A DNA stretch of 64,000 nucleotides from an uncultured Gammaproteobacteria bacterium (GTDB lineage Bacteria; Patescibacteriota; Patescibacteriia; SG8-24). Positions 17,771 through 26,276 of the stretch are shown one piece after another (the first letter of the stretch is position 1; the number at the start of each line of letters is the position of its first letter). The stretch spans positions 166 through 64,165 of the forward strand of contig CAZAOV010000006.1 of assembly GCA_964486995.1 (NCBI GenBank), read 5' to 3'. The notes under the pieces were generated by a model, which saw only the letters and a program-made list of their open reading frames with translations, ran no database searches and was not told the origin of the DNA. Both the position numbers and the translations under genes were made by a program.

Positions 17771-19081
17771 ATGGCGAATGACACAAAATGGTATTTCAAA
17801 CCCTATTTTTTAGTGGTGGTGTTTATGTCTTTCACCGCTTTTGCCATGATGTTGTTGGTTTTTTTGTTGTTGCCGGGGAGCTCTGAAATTCTGGGCGTGA
17901 TGCAGTGGCGAATGGTGACGGCGCGCTCGTTTCGGGTTCAGACCGACATTGATTATCGCGGTTGGGTAACGCGGGTGGAAAATGACAAGACCCTGCGTGA
18001 TCGGGAAACTTTCATCATGCAGACTTCAGGTTACGTTGACCGCAATGACCCTGAACTTTTTAAGCAACAGCATCTGTTCCAGATGTCCGCCAGCCCAAAA
18101 GCCGGTGAAGGTCAGGTTGTCTATAAATTTGACGGAGAAGTGCGGTCGCTCGATGATGTGCATTATTTGCGACTGAACCAGATTCCTCAAAAGTTCGGTT
18201 CGTTCCGCCTGGATCGCTTCGCCAAACGATGGCTGCGTATCGATGTTGACAAGGCTTTGGAGCAGATTGATTTACCGCTGATTAGCACCGGACGGCAACT
18301 GTCGTATGCTGACCGCGAATATCTAATTGAAGAAGCGCGCATTACGCCGTTCCTGACCGTGAAGCAGAGGCTCAAGAACGAAACTATCGGCGGTATCTCC
18401 ACCTATCATTATGAGGTACGGCCGCAGATGTTGTTCGTCAAGGATTTTTTCCTGACGGCAGAGACGTTGCGCCGCCAGCGTGAATTGACTGCCGAGGAGA
18501 GGCGTGAGATAGATAAATTTTTTGCCAACCTTAAAGCTGAACACGCCGAGGTTTGGATTAGTCAGGGCGATTACTATTTGCGGCGTTTATTTTTGCGCCT
18601 CAATTATGACGATGGCAAGCGAGAAAGCATAATGTCCATCACGATATCATTTTCTGACTACAACCAGCCGGTATCCGTAACGCATCCGGAGAAGGATGTT
18701 GAAAACGTGGATAATATCGTCCGGTCTTTGTTGCCGTCGCTAGCGAGCAAATTGCCGTTGGCACAGTTTGGTGACGGAAGTGAAATCGAGTCGAAAGATG
18801 ATTTGTATGCCGGCGGGTTGCCGGTTGACGTTCCGGAGGTGGTTGATGCTGACCCGGATGGTGATGGCCTTACTGATAGCTTGGAATTTTTCTACGGTTC
18901 CGATCCGTACAACCCGGACACTGACGGAGACGGTAAGAACGACGGGGACGAGGTAAACTCTGGCCAGAGTCCGACCGGACCGGGTGGATTGTTCGACTTC
19001 GGGCTTTCCTCGGCCTTGAGCGGAGAATCCGAGGGGGAAGAGAAGGAAACCGTGGATGTCGGCGCTACGACAATAGAATAG
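17771..19081 (+). CDS. hypothetical membrane-anchored protein with C-terminal Asp-rich calcium-binding-type repeats
   Basis: N-terminal TM (YFLVVVFMSFTAFAMMLLVFLLL); C-terminal DADPDGDGLTDSLEFFYGSDPYNPDTDGDGKNDGDE resembles thrombospondin type-3 / dockerin-like DxDxDG loops. Confidence 0.5.
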   Translation: MANDTKWYFKPYFLVVVFMSFTAFAMMLLVFLLLPGSSEILGVMQWRMVTARSFRVQTDIDYRGWVTRVENDKTLRDRETFIMQTSGYVDRNDPELFKQQHLFQMSASPKAGEGQVVYKFDGEVRSLDDVHYLRLNQIPQKFGSFRLDRFAKRWLRIDVDKALEQIDLPLISTGRQLSYADREYLIEEARITPFLTVKQRLKNETIGGISTYHYEVRPQMLFVKDFFLTAETLRRQRELTAEERREIDKFFANLKAEHAEVWISQGDYYLRRLFLRLNYDDGKRESIMSITISFSDYNQPVSVTHPEKDVENVDNIVRSLLPSLASKLPLAQFGDGSEIESKDDLYAGGLPVDVPEVVDADPDGDGLTDSLEFFYGSDPYNPDTDGDGKNDGDEVNSGQSPTGPGGLFDFGLSSALSGESEGEEKETVDVGATTIE

Positions 19082-19091
19082 ACCAATAACG

Positions 19092-20861
19092 ATGACCATA
19101 CCCAGGTCAACAATCCGACGACGCAGAAAAAACAAGGAAGCAGACGGGTCATTCATCCGCCTGCACCTTTTTCGTATAGTTGTGGTGCTGGCTTTTTGTG
19201 CATTAGGATTGCGCTTGTTCACATTGCAGGTCATGTCACATGATTTTTACTCTGCGTTGGCATCTGACCAGCATGCGATTTTTGCTGAGTTGTTTCCGGA
19301 GCGAGGAACTATCTACCTGAAGGATCCTCGCTCTGTATCCGGAACTTTTCCGGCTGCCGCCAATCAGCGGATGTATTTAGTTTACGCGGTACCTAAAGAT
19401 ATTGAGGATACAGAAGAAGCGTCAGAAAAGTTGGCCGAGATTTTAGAGCTCGATTTGGATTTGGTAAAACAAAAACTATCGTTAAAAGACGATCCGTATG
19501 AACCGCTCAAGCGTCGCGTGTCGGACGAGGTGTGTAATCAGATACGTGACCTGAAGCTAGGGGGAATTGGTTTTCTGGCCGAAGATCATCGGTTCTATCC
19601 AGAGAATGAATACACATCTCATGTAATAGGTTTTGTTGGTTCTAACGAAAGCGGGGAACAAGTTGGACGCTATGGCATTGAGGGCTATTTCAACGAGGAG
19701 TTATCCGGTGAACTCGGATATCTGGAAGCTGAGCGTGATCCGTTGGGGCGTTGGATAGGCGCGGCTGATCGCAGCTTGGTGCCGGCGCAGGACGGTAAAG
19801 ATATCGTGTTGACCATAGACCGGACCATCCAATACGTAGCTTGCGAAAAGCTAAGAAAGGCAGTGGAGCAGTTCGAGGCAGCCGGCGGGACGGTGGTCAT
19901 CATGAATCCCGATACCGGAGCGGTGTTGGCGATGTGCGGCTTACCTAACTTTGACCCTAATAATTATGGGGAAGTCGGGGATATCGCCGTTTTTAATAAT
20001 CCGGCAATATTTAAGCCTTACGAACCGGGTTCGATTTTTAAACCCGTCACCATGTCCGCGGCTATTGACGCAGGCAAGGTTGAACCGAACACGATTTACG
20101 AGGACGAGGGCGAGGTCGTGATTGGTCCATATACCATTAAAAATTCTGACGGCAAGGCGCACGGTTGGCAAACAATGACGCAGGTATTGGAGAAATCGCT
20201 TAACACCGGTACGATTTTTGCGGTTACTAAACTTGGACCAAAATCTTTCCAAAAATATGTTCAGGAGTTTGGTTTTGGTGAGTATACTGGCATCGAATTG
20301 GATACCGAGGTTCGCGGCAATATCTCATCGCTCGATAAGCGAGGTGACATCTGGAGCGCAACTGCATCGTACGGACATGGAATTACGGTTACGCCGCTTC
20401 AGATGGTGGGCGCATTTTCCGCGATAGCTAACGGTGGCAAGCTGATGAAGCCTTACATTGTCGATTCTTTTATTGACTCAAGCGGAGATGTCGCCACGAC
20501 CGAGCCAGAAGTTGTCCGGCAAGTAATAACTAAGCGAGCGTCAAGTTTGGTGAGTGGAATGTTGGTTCGGGTGGTAGAGGACGGTCACGGTAAGCGCGCC
20601 GGAGTGCCCGGTTATTGGGTTGCTGGTAAGACCGGAACGGCGCAAATTGCCAAACAGCACGGCGTCGGTTACGAGGAGAATGCGTTTATCGGCTCGTTCA
20701 TCGGGTTTGCGCCGGTTGATGATCCGCAGTTCGTGATGATTGTTAAGATAGAGCGGCCACAAGGTGTTCAATGGGCCGAATCCACTGCCGCCCCGCTATT
20801 TGGCGAAATCGCCGAATTTTTGCTAAAATATCTAGAGATTCCACCGAATCGTCCTAGATGA
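19092..20861 (+). CDS. penicillin-binding protein, peptidoglycan D,D-transpeptidase (PBP2/FtsI class)
   Basis: N-terminal TM anchor, PBP dimerisation region, transpeptidase domain with the KTG block (AGKTGTAQ) near the C-terminus. Confidence 0.85.
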   Translation: MTIPRSTIRRRRKNKEADGSFIRLHLFRIVVVLAFCALGLRLFTLQVMSHDFYSALASDQHAIFAELFPERGTIYLKDPRSVSGTFPAAANQRMYLVYAVPKDIEDTEEASEKLAEILELDLDLVKQKLSLKDDPYEPLKRRVSDEVCNQIRDLKLGGIGFLAEDHRFYPENEYTSHVIGFVGSNESGEQVGRYGIEGYFNEELSGELGYLEAERDPLGRWIGAADRSLVPAQDGKDIVLTIDRTIQYVACEKLRKAVEQFEAAGGTVVIMNPDTGAVLAMCGLPNFDPNNYGEVGDIAVFNNPAIFKPYEPGSIFKPVTMSAAIDAGKVEPNTIYEDEGEVVIGPYTIKNSDGKAHGWQTMTQVLEKSLNTGTIFAVTKLGPKSFQKYVQEFGFGEYTGIELDTEVRGNISSLDKRGDIWSATASYGHGITVTPLQMVGAFSAIANGGKLMKPYIVDSFIDSSGDVATTEPEVVRQVITKRASSLVSGMLVRVVEDGHGKRAGVPGYWVAGKTGTAQIAKQHGVGYEENAFIGSFIGFAPVDDPQFVMIVKIERPQGVQWAESTAAPLFGEIAEFLLKYLEIPPNRPR

Positions 20862-21029
20862 CCAGGGGAACTTTATCCAAGTTTTTGCACTGACGCCGCT
20901 ATTTAATCTGTGCGAGGACTTCAGGCCTTCGAAAGTGCAGGTAAAAAGTTACCGAGCGTGCATCACCGGACACCCGGAAAAGAAGCAAGCAGCGCGTTTA
21001 AGCTGTCTATTTCAATTAAAACACCACCT

Positions 21030-22319
21030 ATGAAAGCCTTTGTAGAAAAACAACTTGCGAAATACGCCAGCACATTGATTAAGAAACAAAAGCCTTTTAT
21101 CGTTGGCGTGACCGGCTCGGTCGGTAAAAGTTCAGCAAAAGATTGCATGGGTGCGGTTTTGGGCGGCGGTTTTAATACATTGACCAGTCCGAAAAACTAC
21201 AACACCGAATTTGGCCTGCCATTGGCTATCCTTGGTTTGGAATCTGGCGGAAAATCAGCATGGAAATGGTTGTGCAATCTGAGGAAAGGATGGTGGAAAG
21301 CCAAACTCGGAGTTAAAGAATATCCTGATACTTTGGTTTTAGAGATGGCAGCAGATCATCCTGGTGACATAACTAAACTGGTAAAGATCGCACCGCCCGA
21401 TATCGGAGTGGTTACTGCAGTGGGGGAATCGCACTTTCAGTTTTTCGGCTCGAAAAAGGAGATTGCCAAAGAAAAGTCGGTTTTGGCGCAGTCTGTGCCA
21501 GAAGGCGGCCTGGTGGTACTGAATCGTGACGATGAACTGGTTTGGGAAATGAGACGGTTAACCAAAGCTCGTGTTATCTCGATTGGTTTTCATGAGGAGG
21601 CGGACATTCATGCCCTGGCCGATACCGTAAAGTTAGTGTGTCACGAAGGAGAGGGGTGTGGGACAAGCTTTAAGGTTAAGGTGGCTGGACAGACCGTGCC
21701 GTTTTTTATCCACGGCGCTTTAGGTTGGCCGACCATCTATTCGGTGTTGTGCGGCATTGCCGTTGGTATGGAGCGCGGTTTGAATTTGGTGCAGATTTCT
21801 GAGCGGCTGCAGCATTTTAATCCGCCAGCGGGACGGCTACACTATCTAGCCGGCATTAAGCAGACCATTCTGATTGATGATAGCTACAATGCCGCACCCA
21901 CGTCGGTGAATGCGGCCTTAGACGTCCTAAAGGAGTTGCCGCTAGGTGCTGAGGATGACAAGCGGTTTGCAATTTTGGGTGACATGTTGGAGTTGGGTTT
22001 GGTGGCCGAGGAGGCACACAGAGATTTGGGTCGAAAGGTTGCTGAGAAGGATATTGATTATTTGGTACTGGTGGGTGAGTTGATGAACGAAACCAAGAAG
22101 GCGGCGATTGAGGCTGGTATGGACGAGGATCGGGTAGTGCAGTTTTCGACCAACCTGGAAGCTGGTAAGTTCGTTCAGGCTAAGATGAAGCCGGGTGATG
22201 TGGTGCTGGTGAAGGGGTCGCGAGCGATGCAGATGGAGTATGTGGTTAAGGAGTTAATGGCGGATCCGTTGCGGGCTGCAGAGTTGTTGCCTGGAGATCA
22301 TGATGAGTGGCGGTTGTAG
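21030..22319 (+). CDS. murF: UDP-N-acetylmuramoyl-tripeptide--D-alanyl-D-alanine ligase MurF
   Basis: Start chosen at MKAFVEKQ (ATG 21030). Mur-ligase P-loop PFIVGVTGSVGKSSAKD; central and C-terminal Mur ligase domains; directly downstream of the PBP gene as in dcw clusters. Confidence 0.8.
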   Translation: MKAFVEKQLAKYASTLIKKQKPFIVGVTGSVGKSSAKDCMGAVLGGGFNTLTSPKNYNTEFGLPLAILGLESGGKSAWKWLCNLRKGWWKAKLGVKEYPDTLVLEMAADHPGDITKLVKIAPPDIGVVTAVGESHFQFFGSKKEIAKEKSVLAQSVPEGGLVVLNRDDELVWEMRRLTKARVISIGFHEEADIHALADTVKLVCHEGEGCGTSFKVKVAGQTVPFFIHGALGWPTIYSVLCGIAVGMERGLNLVQISERLQHFNPPAGRLHYLAGIKQTILIDDSYNAAPTSVNAALDVLKELPLGAEDDKRFAILGDMLELGLVAEEAHRDLGRKVAEKDIDYLVLVGELMNETKKAAIEAGMDEDRVVQFSTNLEAGKFVQAKMKPGDVVLVKGSRAMQMEYVVKELMADPLRAAELLPGDHDEWRL

Positions 22320-22465
22320 AGTTCAGCTAAATTTATTATGAACATCGGCTAATAAGCCGGTGTTTTTGATAGGAAAGTAGGAAATCAGACTTGTTTTTTA
22401 TATTTAACACCAAAGTCCGAATAAGTGATCTGGCTTCCTCGTAAAAAATACAAACCTTCAAACCA

Positions 22466-22726
22466 TTGCTTATAATCAAAGCCCGTGGCAAGTTTAATAT
22501 GACTTTTGAATTGGTCGGGGGTCACGGAGGAAGGATGCGGGTTCCGTCCTTTGAAATATGTCGTTGTCGCTGTCATCGGTTTCCTGACGGCGTGTATGAG
22601 CACGTTGAGCCTTGCTGCGCCACTTGTCAGTTTTGTGGAATGCGAATCAGAAAGGATTATTATCGGCTCCATTACGAGGAGTGTTCAAAAAATAGAATTG
22701 ACTCCGATGAAGCGGTGGACGAGTAG
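22466..22726 (+). CDS. hypothetical small Cys-rich protein (uncertain; overlaps a minus-strand ORF 22385..22672)
   Basis: 86 aa with CRCRCH...CCATCQFCG cluster; followed 10 bp later by another small Cys-containing ORF on the same strand. Confidence 0.3.
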   Translation: MLIIKARGKFNMTFELVGGHGGRMRVPSFEICRCRCHRFPDGVYEHVEPCCATCQFCGMRIRKDYYRLHYEECSKNRIDSDEAVDE

Positions 22727-22735
22727 CAGGAATGG

Positions 22736-23194
22736 GTGAATATGACCACCAAAGTTGAGGTGTTCAGGTTTCGTTGTGACATTTGTGGGGTGAAATACAC
22801 AGTCGAAGACGAAGCCAGGTTATGTGAGATGCGTGGGGTTGTTCTTCCGCGGTTCGTGTCCGGTGACGTGGTTACGCTATCCGACGCAGAAGTTCGGGCA
22901 CGGGGGCTGAGTTCTTCTGACGTTCTGGTAGACATACGCGAGTTTGTCGGCCATGTCGGCTTGTCGCATCAGTTCGCTACAGTCGGGCGCGGAGTGCGGT
23001 ATCATGTCCGAGCCCGCGGTGGGCAGAAATTTATCGTCGAAGCACTCGCCGTGGTAACCAACATGGACGACATCATCTACTGTCCAGACTGGCAGACATT
23101 GGTTGCGTGCGCCAATACCGGTAAGCCATACGACGCCGAAGGTCTGGATTCATTGCGAGCCATGATTAAGAATAGCTTGAATCTGAGGCTCTAA
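22736..23194 (+). CDS. hypothetical protein with N-terminal zinc-ribbon-like CxxC pairs
   Basis: FRCDICGVKYTVEDEARLCE near the N-terminus; 152 aa; no family recognised. Confidence 0.45.
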   Translation: MNMTTKVEVFRFRCDICGVKYTVEDEARLCEMRGVVLPRFVSGDVVTLSDAEVRARGLSSSDVLVDIREFVGHVGLSHQFATVGRGVRYHVRARGGQKFIVEALAVVTNMDDIIYCPDWQTLVACANTGKPYDAEGLDSLRAMIKNSLNLRL

Positions 23195-23229
23195 CTTAAA
23201 GAGGGGATTTGCTCGCCCCTCATTTTGTA

Positions 23230-23258
23230 TTGACACACCTAATCTAATACGGTATATT
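23230..23258 (+). promoter_or_regulatory. sigma-70-type promoter for tRNA-Glu(TTC)
   Basis: TTGACA - 17 nt - TATATT, ending 14 nt upstream of the mature tRNA 5' end. Confidence 0.55.
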
Positions 23259-23272
23259 CAAAAGTCCCTTAG

Positions 23273-23350
23273 GGTCCCATCGTCTAGCCCGGTCTAGGAC
23301 ACTGGCCTTTCACGCCAGGTACACGGGTTCGAATCCCGTTGGGGCCGCCA
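23273..23350 (+). tRNA. tRNA-Glu (anticodon TTC)
   Basis: Acceptor GGTCCCA/TGGGGCC, anticodon stem CTGGC/GCCAG with loop CTTTCAC (anticodon TTC), T-arm ACGGGttcgaatCCCGT, discriminator G, encoded CCA; overall closely resembles bacterial tRNA-Glu. Confidence 0.85.
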
Positions 23351-23352
23351 TC

Positions 23353-23388
23353 TAGAGCTGACGCATCAAGCGTCGGCTCTTTTATTGG
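23353..23388 (+). terminator. Rho-independent terminator after first tRNA-Glu
   Basis: GAGCTGACGCatcaaGCGTCGGCTC + TTTTATT. Confidence 0.6.
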
Positions 23389-23393
23389 CGGTA

Positions 23394-23422
23394 TTGACAT
23401 GGCCAAGACGCGATGATATATT
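23394..23422 (+). promoter_or_regulatory. sigma-70-type promoter for tRNA-Glu(CTC)
   Basis: Second copy of TTGACA - 17 nt - TATATT, same spacing to the tRNA as the first unit. Confidence 0.55.
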
Positions 23423-23438
23423 GTCTTCGCATAAACTT

Positions 23439-23516
23439 GGTCCCATCGTCTAGCCCGGTCTAGGACGCCTGGTTCTCATCCAGGTAACAGGGGTTCGAAT
23501 CCCCTTGGGACTACCA
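23439..23516 (+). tRNA. tRNA-Glu (anticodon CTC)
   Basis: Same 5' half as the first tRNA-Glu; anticodon stem CCTGG/CCAGG with loop TTCTCAT (anticodon CTC); T-arm AGGGGttcgaatCCCCT; encoded CCA. Confidence 0.85.
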
Positions 23517-23550
23517 CGTAAAAACAGCAGATTGTCTGCTGTTTTTACGT
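23517..23550 (+). terminator. Rho-independent terminator after second tRNA-Glu
   Basis: GTAAAAACAGCAGAttgTCTGCTGTTTTTACG perfect hairpin. Confidence 0.7.
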
Positions 23551-23726
23551 TTCGCTTGATTTCGGAAATGGAGTATTTATCGGGTACCGCACTGAGTGCT
23601 CATGATACGCGTGCCGCATGAACCAAAAAACCGGGGCGACGGAGCGGCTCGACGGCGAGATTCCATGGACGAATAAACAGCTGAGTGTAATGGGATAAAT
23701 TGGACTCGTCCTTCCTAATACCATAG

Positions 23727-23757
23727 CAAAAAGCCGCTCTTTCGGGCGGCTTTCGCA
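23727..23757 (-). terminator. Rho-independent terminator for the minus-strand Cys-rich protease gene
   Basis: AAAAAGCCGCtctttcgGGCGGCTTT hairpin; on the minus strand followed by a T-run. Confidence 0.55.
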
Positions 23758-23780
23758 TTATGACACCGAACTATATTCTA

Positions 23781-25592
23781 CTAGTTATCAATTTTACAGT
23801 CCGCGGAGCAACTTTCCAAATTTTCGGGATATTCGCATAAGCCGTCACCGCATACAGGTTCTGCGCCGTTATGTTCATCGTCGTCTTCGGGGAATGTGCA
23901 ACCCGGGTCCTGCGGGAAATCAATCAGTCCGTCAAGATCGTTATCCAAACCGTCATCGCATGCCGGGACATAACAGGAGCCGCAATCCGCTTCGCAGGAC
24001 TCACAGGTTTCTCCGCTTTCGCAGACGCCGTCACCACATTCGTTAAGGCACGAACCGCAGTCGCTCGGGCAACCGTCACACGTTTCATTTCCGGTGCAAA
24101 CTCCGTCACCACACTGGTCCGGGCAATCCGGATCGGTCTCGGCATTGCAGCCGCTCGGGCAACAACCGTCACCCGACTCGCATATTTCAATGGTTTGATG
24201 GCTACAGTAGGCATCGCCCTCGCTGGCGTTCCGGCAGAAGTCATAGGTGCACATTGAATCATCATCGCATTCATCATTGTTGAAGCATTCGGGCATGATG
24301 CATTCATTCGCCACACAAACTTCTTCTTGCGCGCAAGGGCAATCCTCTAGACAGCTGTCGCAACCCTCACCGTCCTCGCAGACGTCATTGCCGCATTCCG
24401 GGGGGCAGGAGCCGCAGTCTTCCGGACAATCGGAGCAGTTTTCGTACGGGGATTCGCACAGTTCGTCACCGCAGTGCGGCTGAACTGATGATTCGTCATC
24501 TTCCTCCTCATCTGCATCTTCTTCCGGCTCGCCGTCGTCAGCCTCGCCTTGTCCGTCTGTGCCGGCGGTCTCGCCGTCACCCGTTTCGGCCGGCGGTTCC
24601 GGGATTGGGGTATCTGGTGGTGCGGGTGGTTCGGGCTTGTCCTCGCACTGACAATTATTGCACTCCTTGTCAGGCGGACAGCCAGTGGGCGTAGCCGCAT
24701 CGTCACACTCTTCTGGTGCGGTTACTTTCTTGTCACCACACTGTGGTTGATCTGGCTCCCCGATGCATTTACACTCCTCGTTGCATTTTTCCGTCTCTTC
24801 GCAGCCGGTGGGTTTGGCCTCGTAGTCGCATTGCTCAGTCACGGTGCCGTTGTCATCCACCTCTCCGTTGCCACAACAGCATTTACCGGGGCACTCCTTA
24901 CCCGCGTCCTTCATTATTTCGTCAATATGCGACTGCATCGCTGCCACGTCGCTCCATGTCTGGGCCATGATGCTTTGCGGTTCCTTGGGTTTTCCGTCAG
25001 CGTCTACCTGCAAATTATCATTGACGTAAGTGTCCGGTTTTCCGTCGCCGTTTGTATCGTCGTAATGATATTCATCGTCCAGCCCCATTAGGTGACCCGC
25101 TTCATGCGCCGCTATGAGGCCATCGATACCCGCGGTCCATTCACCGTAACCATTTAGCACGCCGGTTGGTGGGATTGTGTGCGCATCAGCTCGGTTTCCG
25201 CGCTGATTGACCGGCCTATCCACCACGTGAATGCAGTGATAGTCGCCCGGGTCGGTCAGGCAGTTCGTTCCTTCGGGTAGTTTTTTAAGGTCGAATTCAA
25301 AAGTAACTTTACAGCCACAATCGCCGAAAGTTTGGTGACCGTTCGGTCCGTTCCAAATTTTAGCCATCTCGTCGCCCCAGGTTTTCAGCAGGTCGTCGGC
25401 CTTGGCTTTGGAGCCGTCATCCAGAAATGCAAAGGCGACCTGCACCTTAACTTTGAAGCTGCAGCCATCGTCTCCGTCCGCTGTGACCGTGGTTTTGGCG
25501 AGGGAGCTGAACCACGGCAGCAGCCCTACACACATGATGAGTCCAGCGAATGTTGAAATTAGGAATCCGCCTTTGAAATTTATTATTTTCAT
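23781..25592 (-). CDS. secreted zinc metalloprotease (HExxH zincin) with multiple cysteine-rich repeats and an acidic linker
   Basis: Signal peptide; HEAGHLMGLDDEYH (HExxHxxGxxD zincin motif); an about 60-aa D/E/P-rich linker; then at least 6 repeats of the type CGDGVC..ETC..C..DCGSC / CGNDVCEDGEGCDSCLEDC, resembling the Myxococcus-type cysteine-rich repeat. Confidence 0.65.
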   Translation of the reverse strand: MKIINFKGGFLISTFAGLIMCVGLLPWFSSLAKTTVTADGDDGCSFKVKVQVAFAFLDDGSKAKADDLLKTWGDEMAKIWNGPNGHQTFGDCGCKVTFEFDLKKLPEGTNCLTDPGDYHCIHVVDRPVNQRGNRADAHTIPPTGVLNGYGEWTAGIDGLIAAHEAGHLMGLDDEYHYDDTNGDGKPDTYVNDNLQVDADGKPKEPQSIMAQTWSDVAAMQSHIDEIMKDAGKECPGKCCCGNGEVDDNGTVTEQCDYEAKPTGCEETEKCNEECKCIGEPDQPQCGDKKVTAPEECDDAATPTGCPPDKECNNCQCEDKPEPPAPPDTPIPEPPAETGDGETAGTDGQGEADDGEPEEDADEEEDDESSVQPHCGDELCESPYENCSDCPEDCGSCPPECGNDVCEDGEGCDSCLEDCPCAQEEVCVANECIMPECFNNDECDDDSMCTYDFCRNASEGDAYCSHQTIEICESGDGCCPSGCNAETDPDCPDQCGDGVCTGNETCDGCPSDCGSCLNECGDGVCESGETCESCEADCGSCYVPACDDGLDNDLDGLIDFPQDPGCTFPEDDDEHNGAEPVCGDGLCEYPENLESCSADCKIDN

Positions 25593-26224
25593 AGGCCCTC
25601 AACTCCACGGAATACTTCCCACCAGGCGTTCCATTTGGCGATTGCCTGATCCTTTTCTGATTGAGATGCATGCGCAGTAAAGCCGTAGTTTTCGCCGCTC
25701 ACATGTCGAAGAATCGCTGCCGACAGCTCGTTGTTTGGCGTGGGCGGATCCATGAACAGGGTAATGTCATCATCATTGAGCGCCTCCAGAACTATTGGTA
25801 TGCCGGAATAATCACCGTTCATTGCGTTGCTGTTTGCGGCGAGAAGGGCGATGGTGGTGTAGTCACTCCCGTAGGCTTCTTCCATCAACGCTGTAATTGC
25901 ATTCTGATCTTCGAGTTCGTCGCGCACCGCAGCTAAGCCGACTACCGCCATCCACTGTTCGATCGGATTCTCGGATTGAATCATCGGCGCCAGCGGCTCA
26001 ACGGCTTCGTGACCCAAATCAATCACGTCCTGAATTTTTTCGAACGATTTTGGCTGCGCCGTATCAATATCACGCAACGTGACGTTGACCGTCTCTTTTG
26101 CGTTCAGCGAAGTCTTACCTGGTTCTGGTTTGGGAGCGGCGTTGTACATCTTCAGCACATAGCTCGTGCCGAGGATGAGCGCGGTCACCACCAGGATGAG
26201 TAAAATAATTTTCTTCATAGGCAA
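25589..26224 (-). CDS. hypothetical secreted protein co-transcribed with the Cys-rich metalloprotease
   Basis: Signal peptide MPMKKIILLILVVTALILGTSYV; its stop overlaps the downstream start (ATGA), suggesting translational coupling. Confidence 0.5.
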   Translation of the reverse strand: MPMKKIILLILVVTALILGTSYVLKMYNAAPKPEPGKTSLNAKETVNVTLRDIDTAQPKSFEKIQDVIDLGHEAVEPLAPMIQSENPIEQWMAVVGLAAVRDELEDQNAITALMEEAYGSDYTTIALLAANSNAMNGDYSGIPIVLEALNDDDITLFMDPPTPNNELSAAILRHVSGENYGFTAHASQSEKDQAIAKWNAWWEVFRGVEGL

Positions 26225-26276
26225 ATGTTAATTCACGGGTATTTTAGCAGTAAAAATGGTGCTATACTAGATATGC

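Noticed and set aside
23230-25592. tRNA-Glu-adjacent region as an integrated genomic island or prophage
   Set aside because: No integrase, no tRNA 3'-end direct repeat and no phage genes. The Cys-rich protease module may still be accessory, but island status is unsupported.
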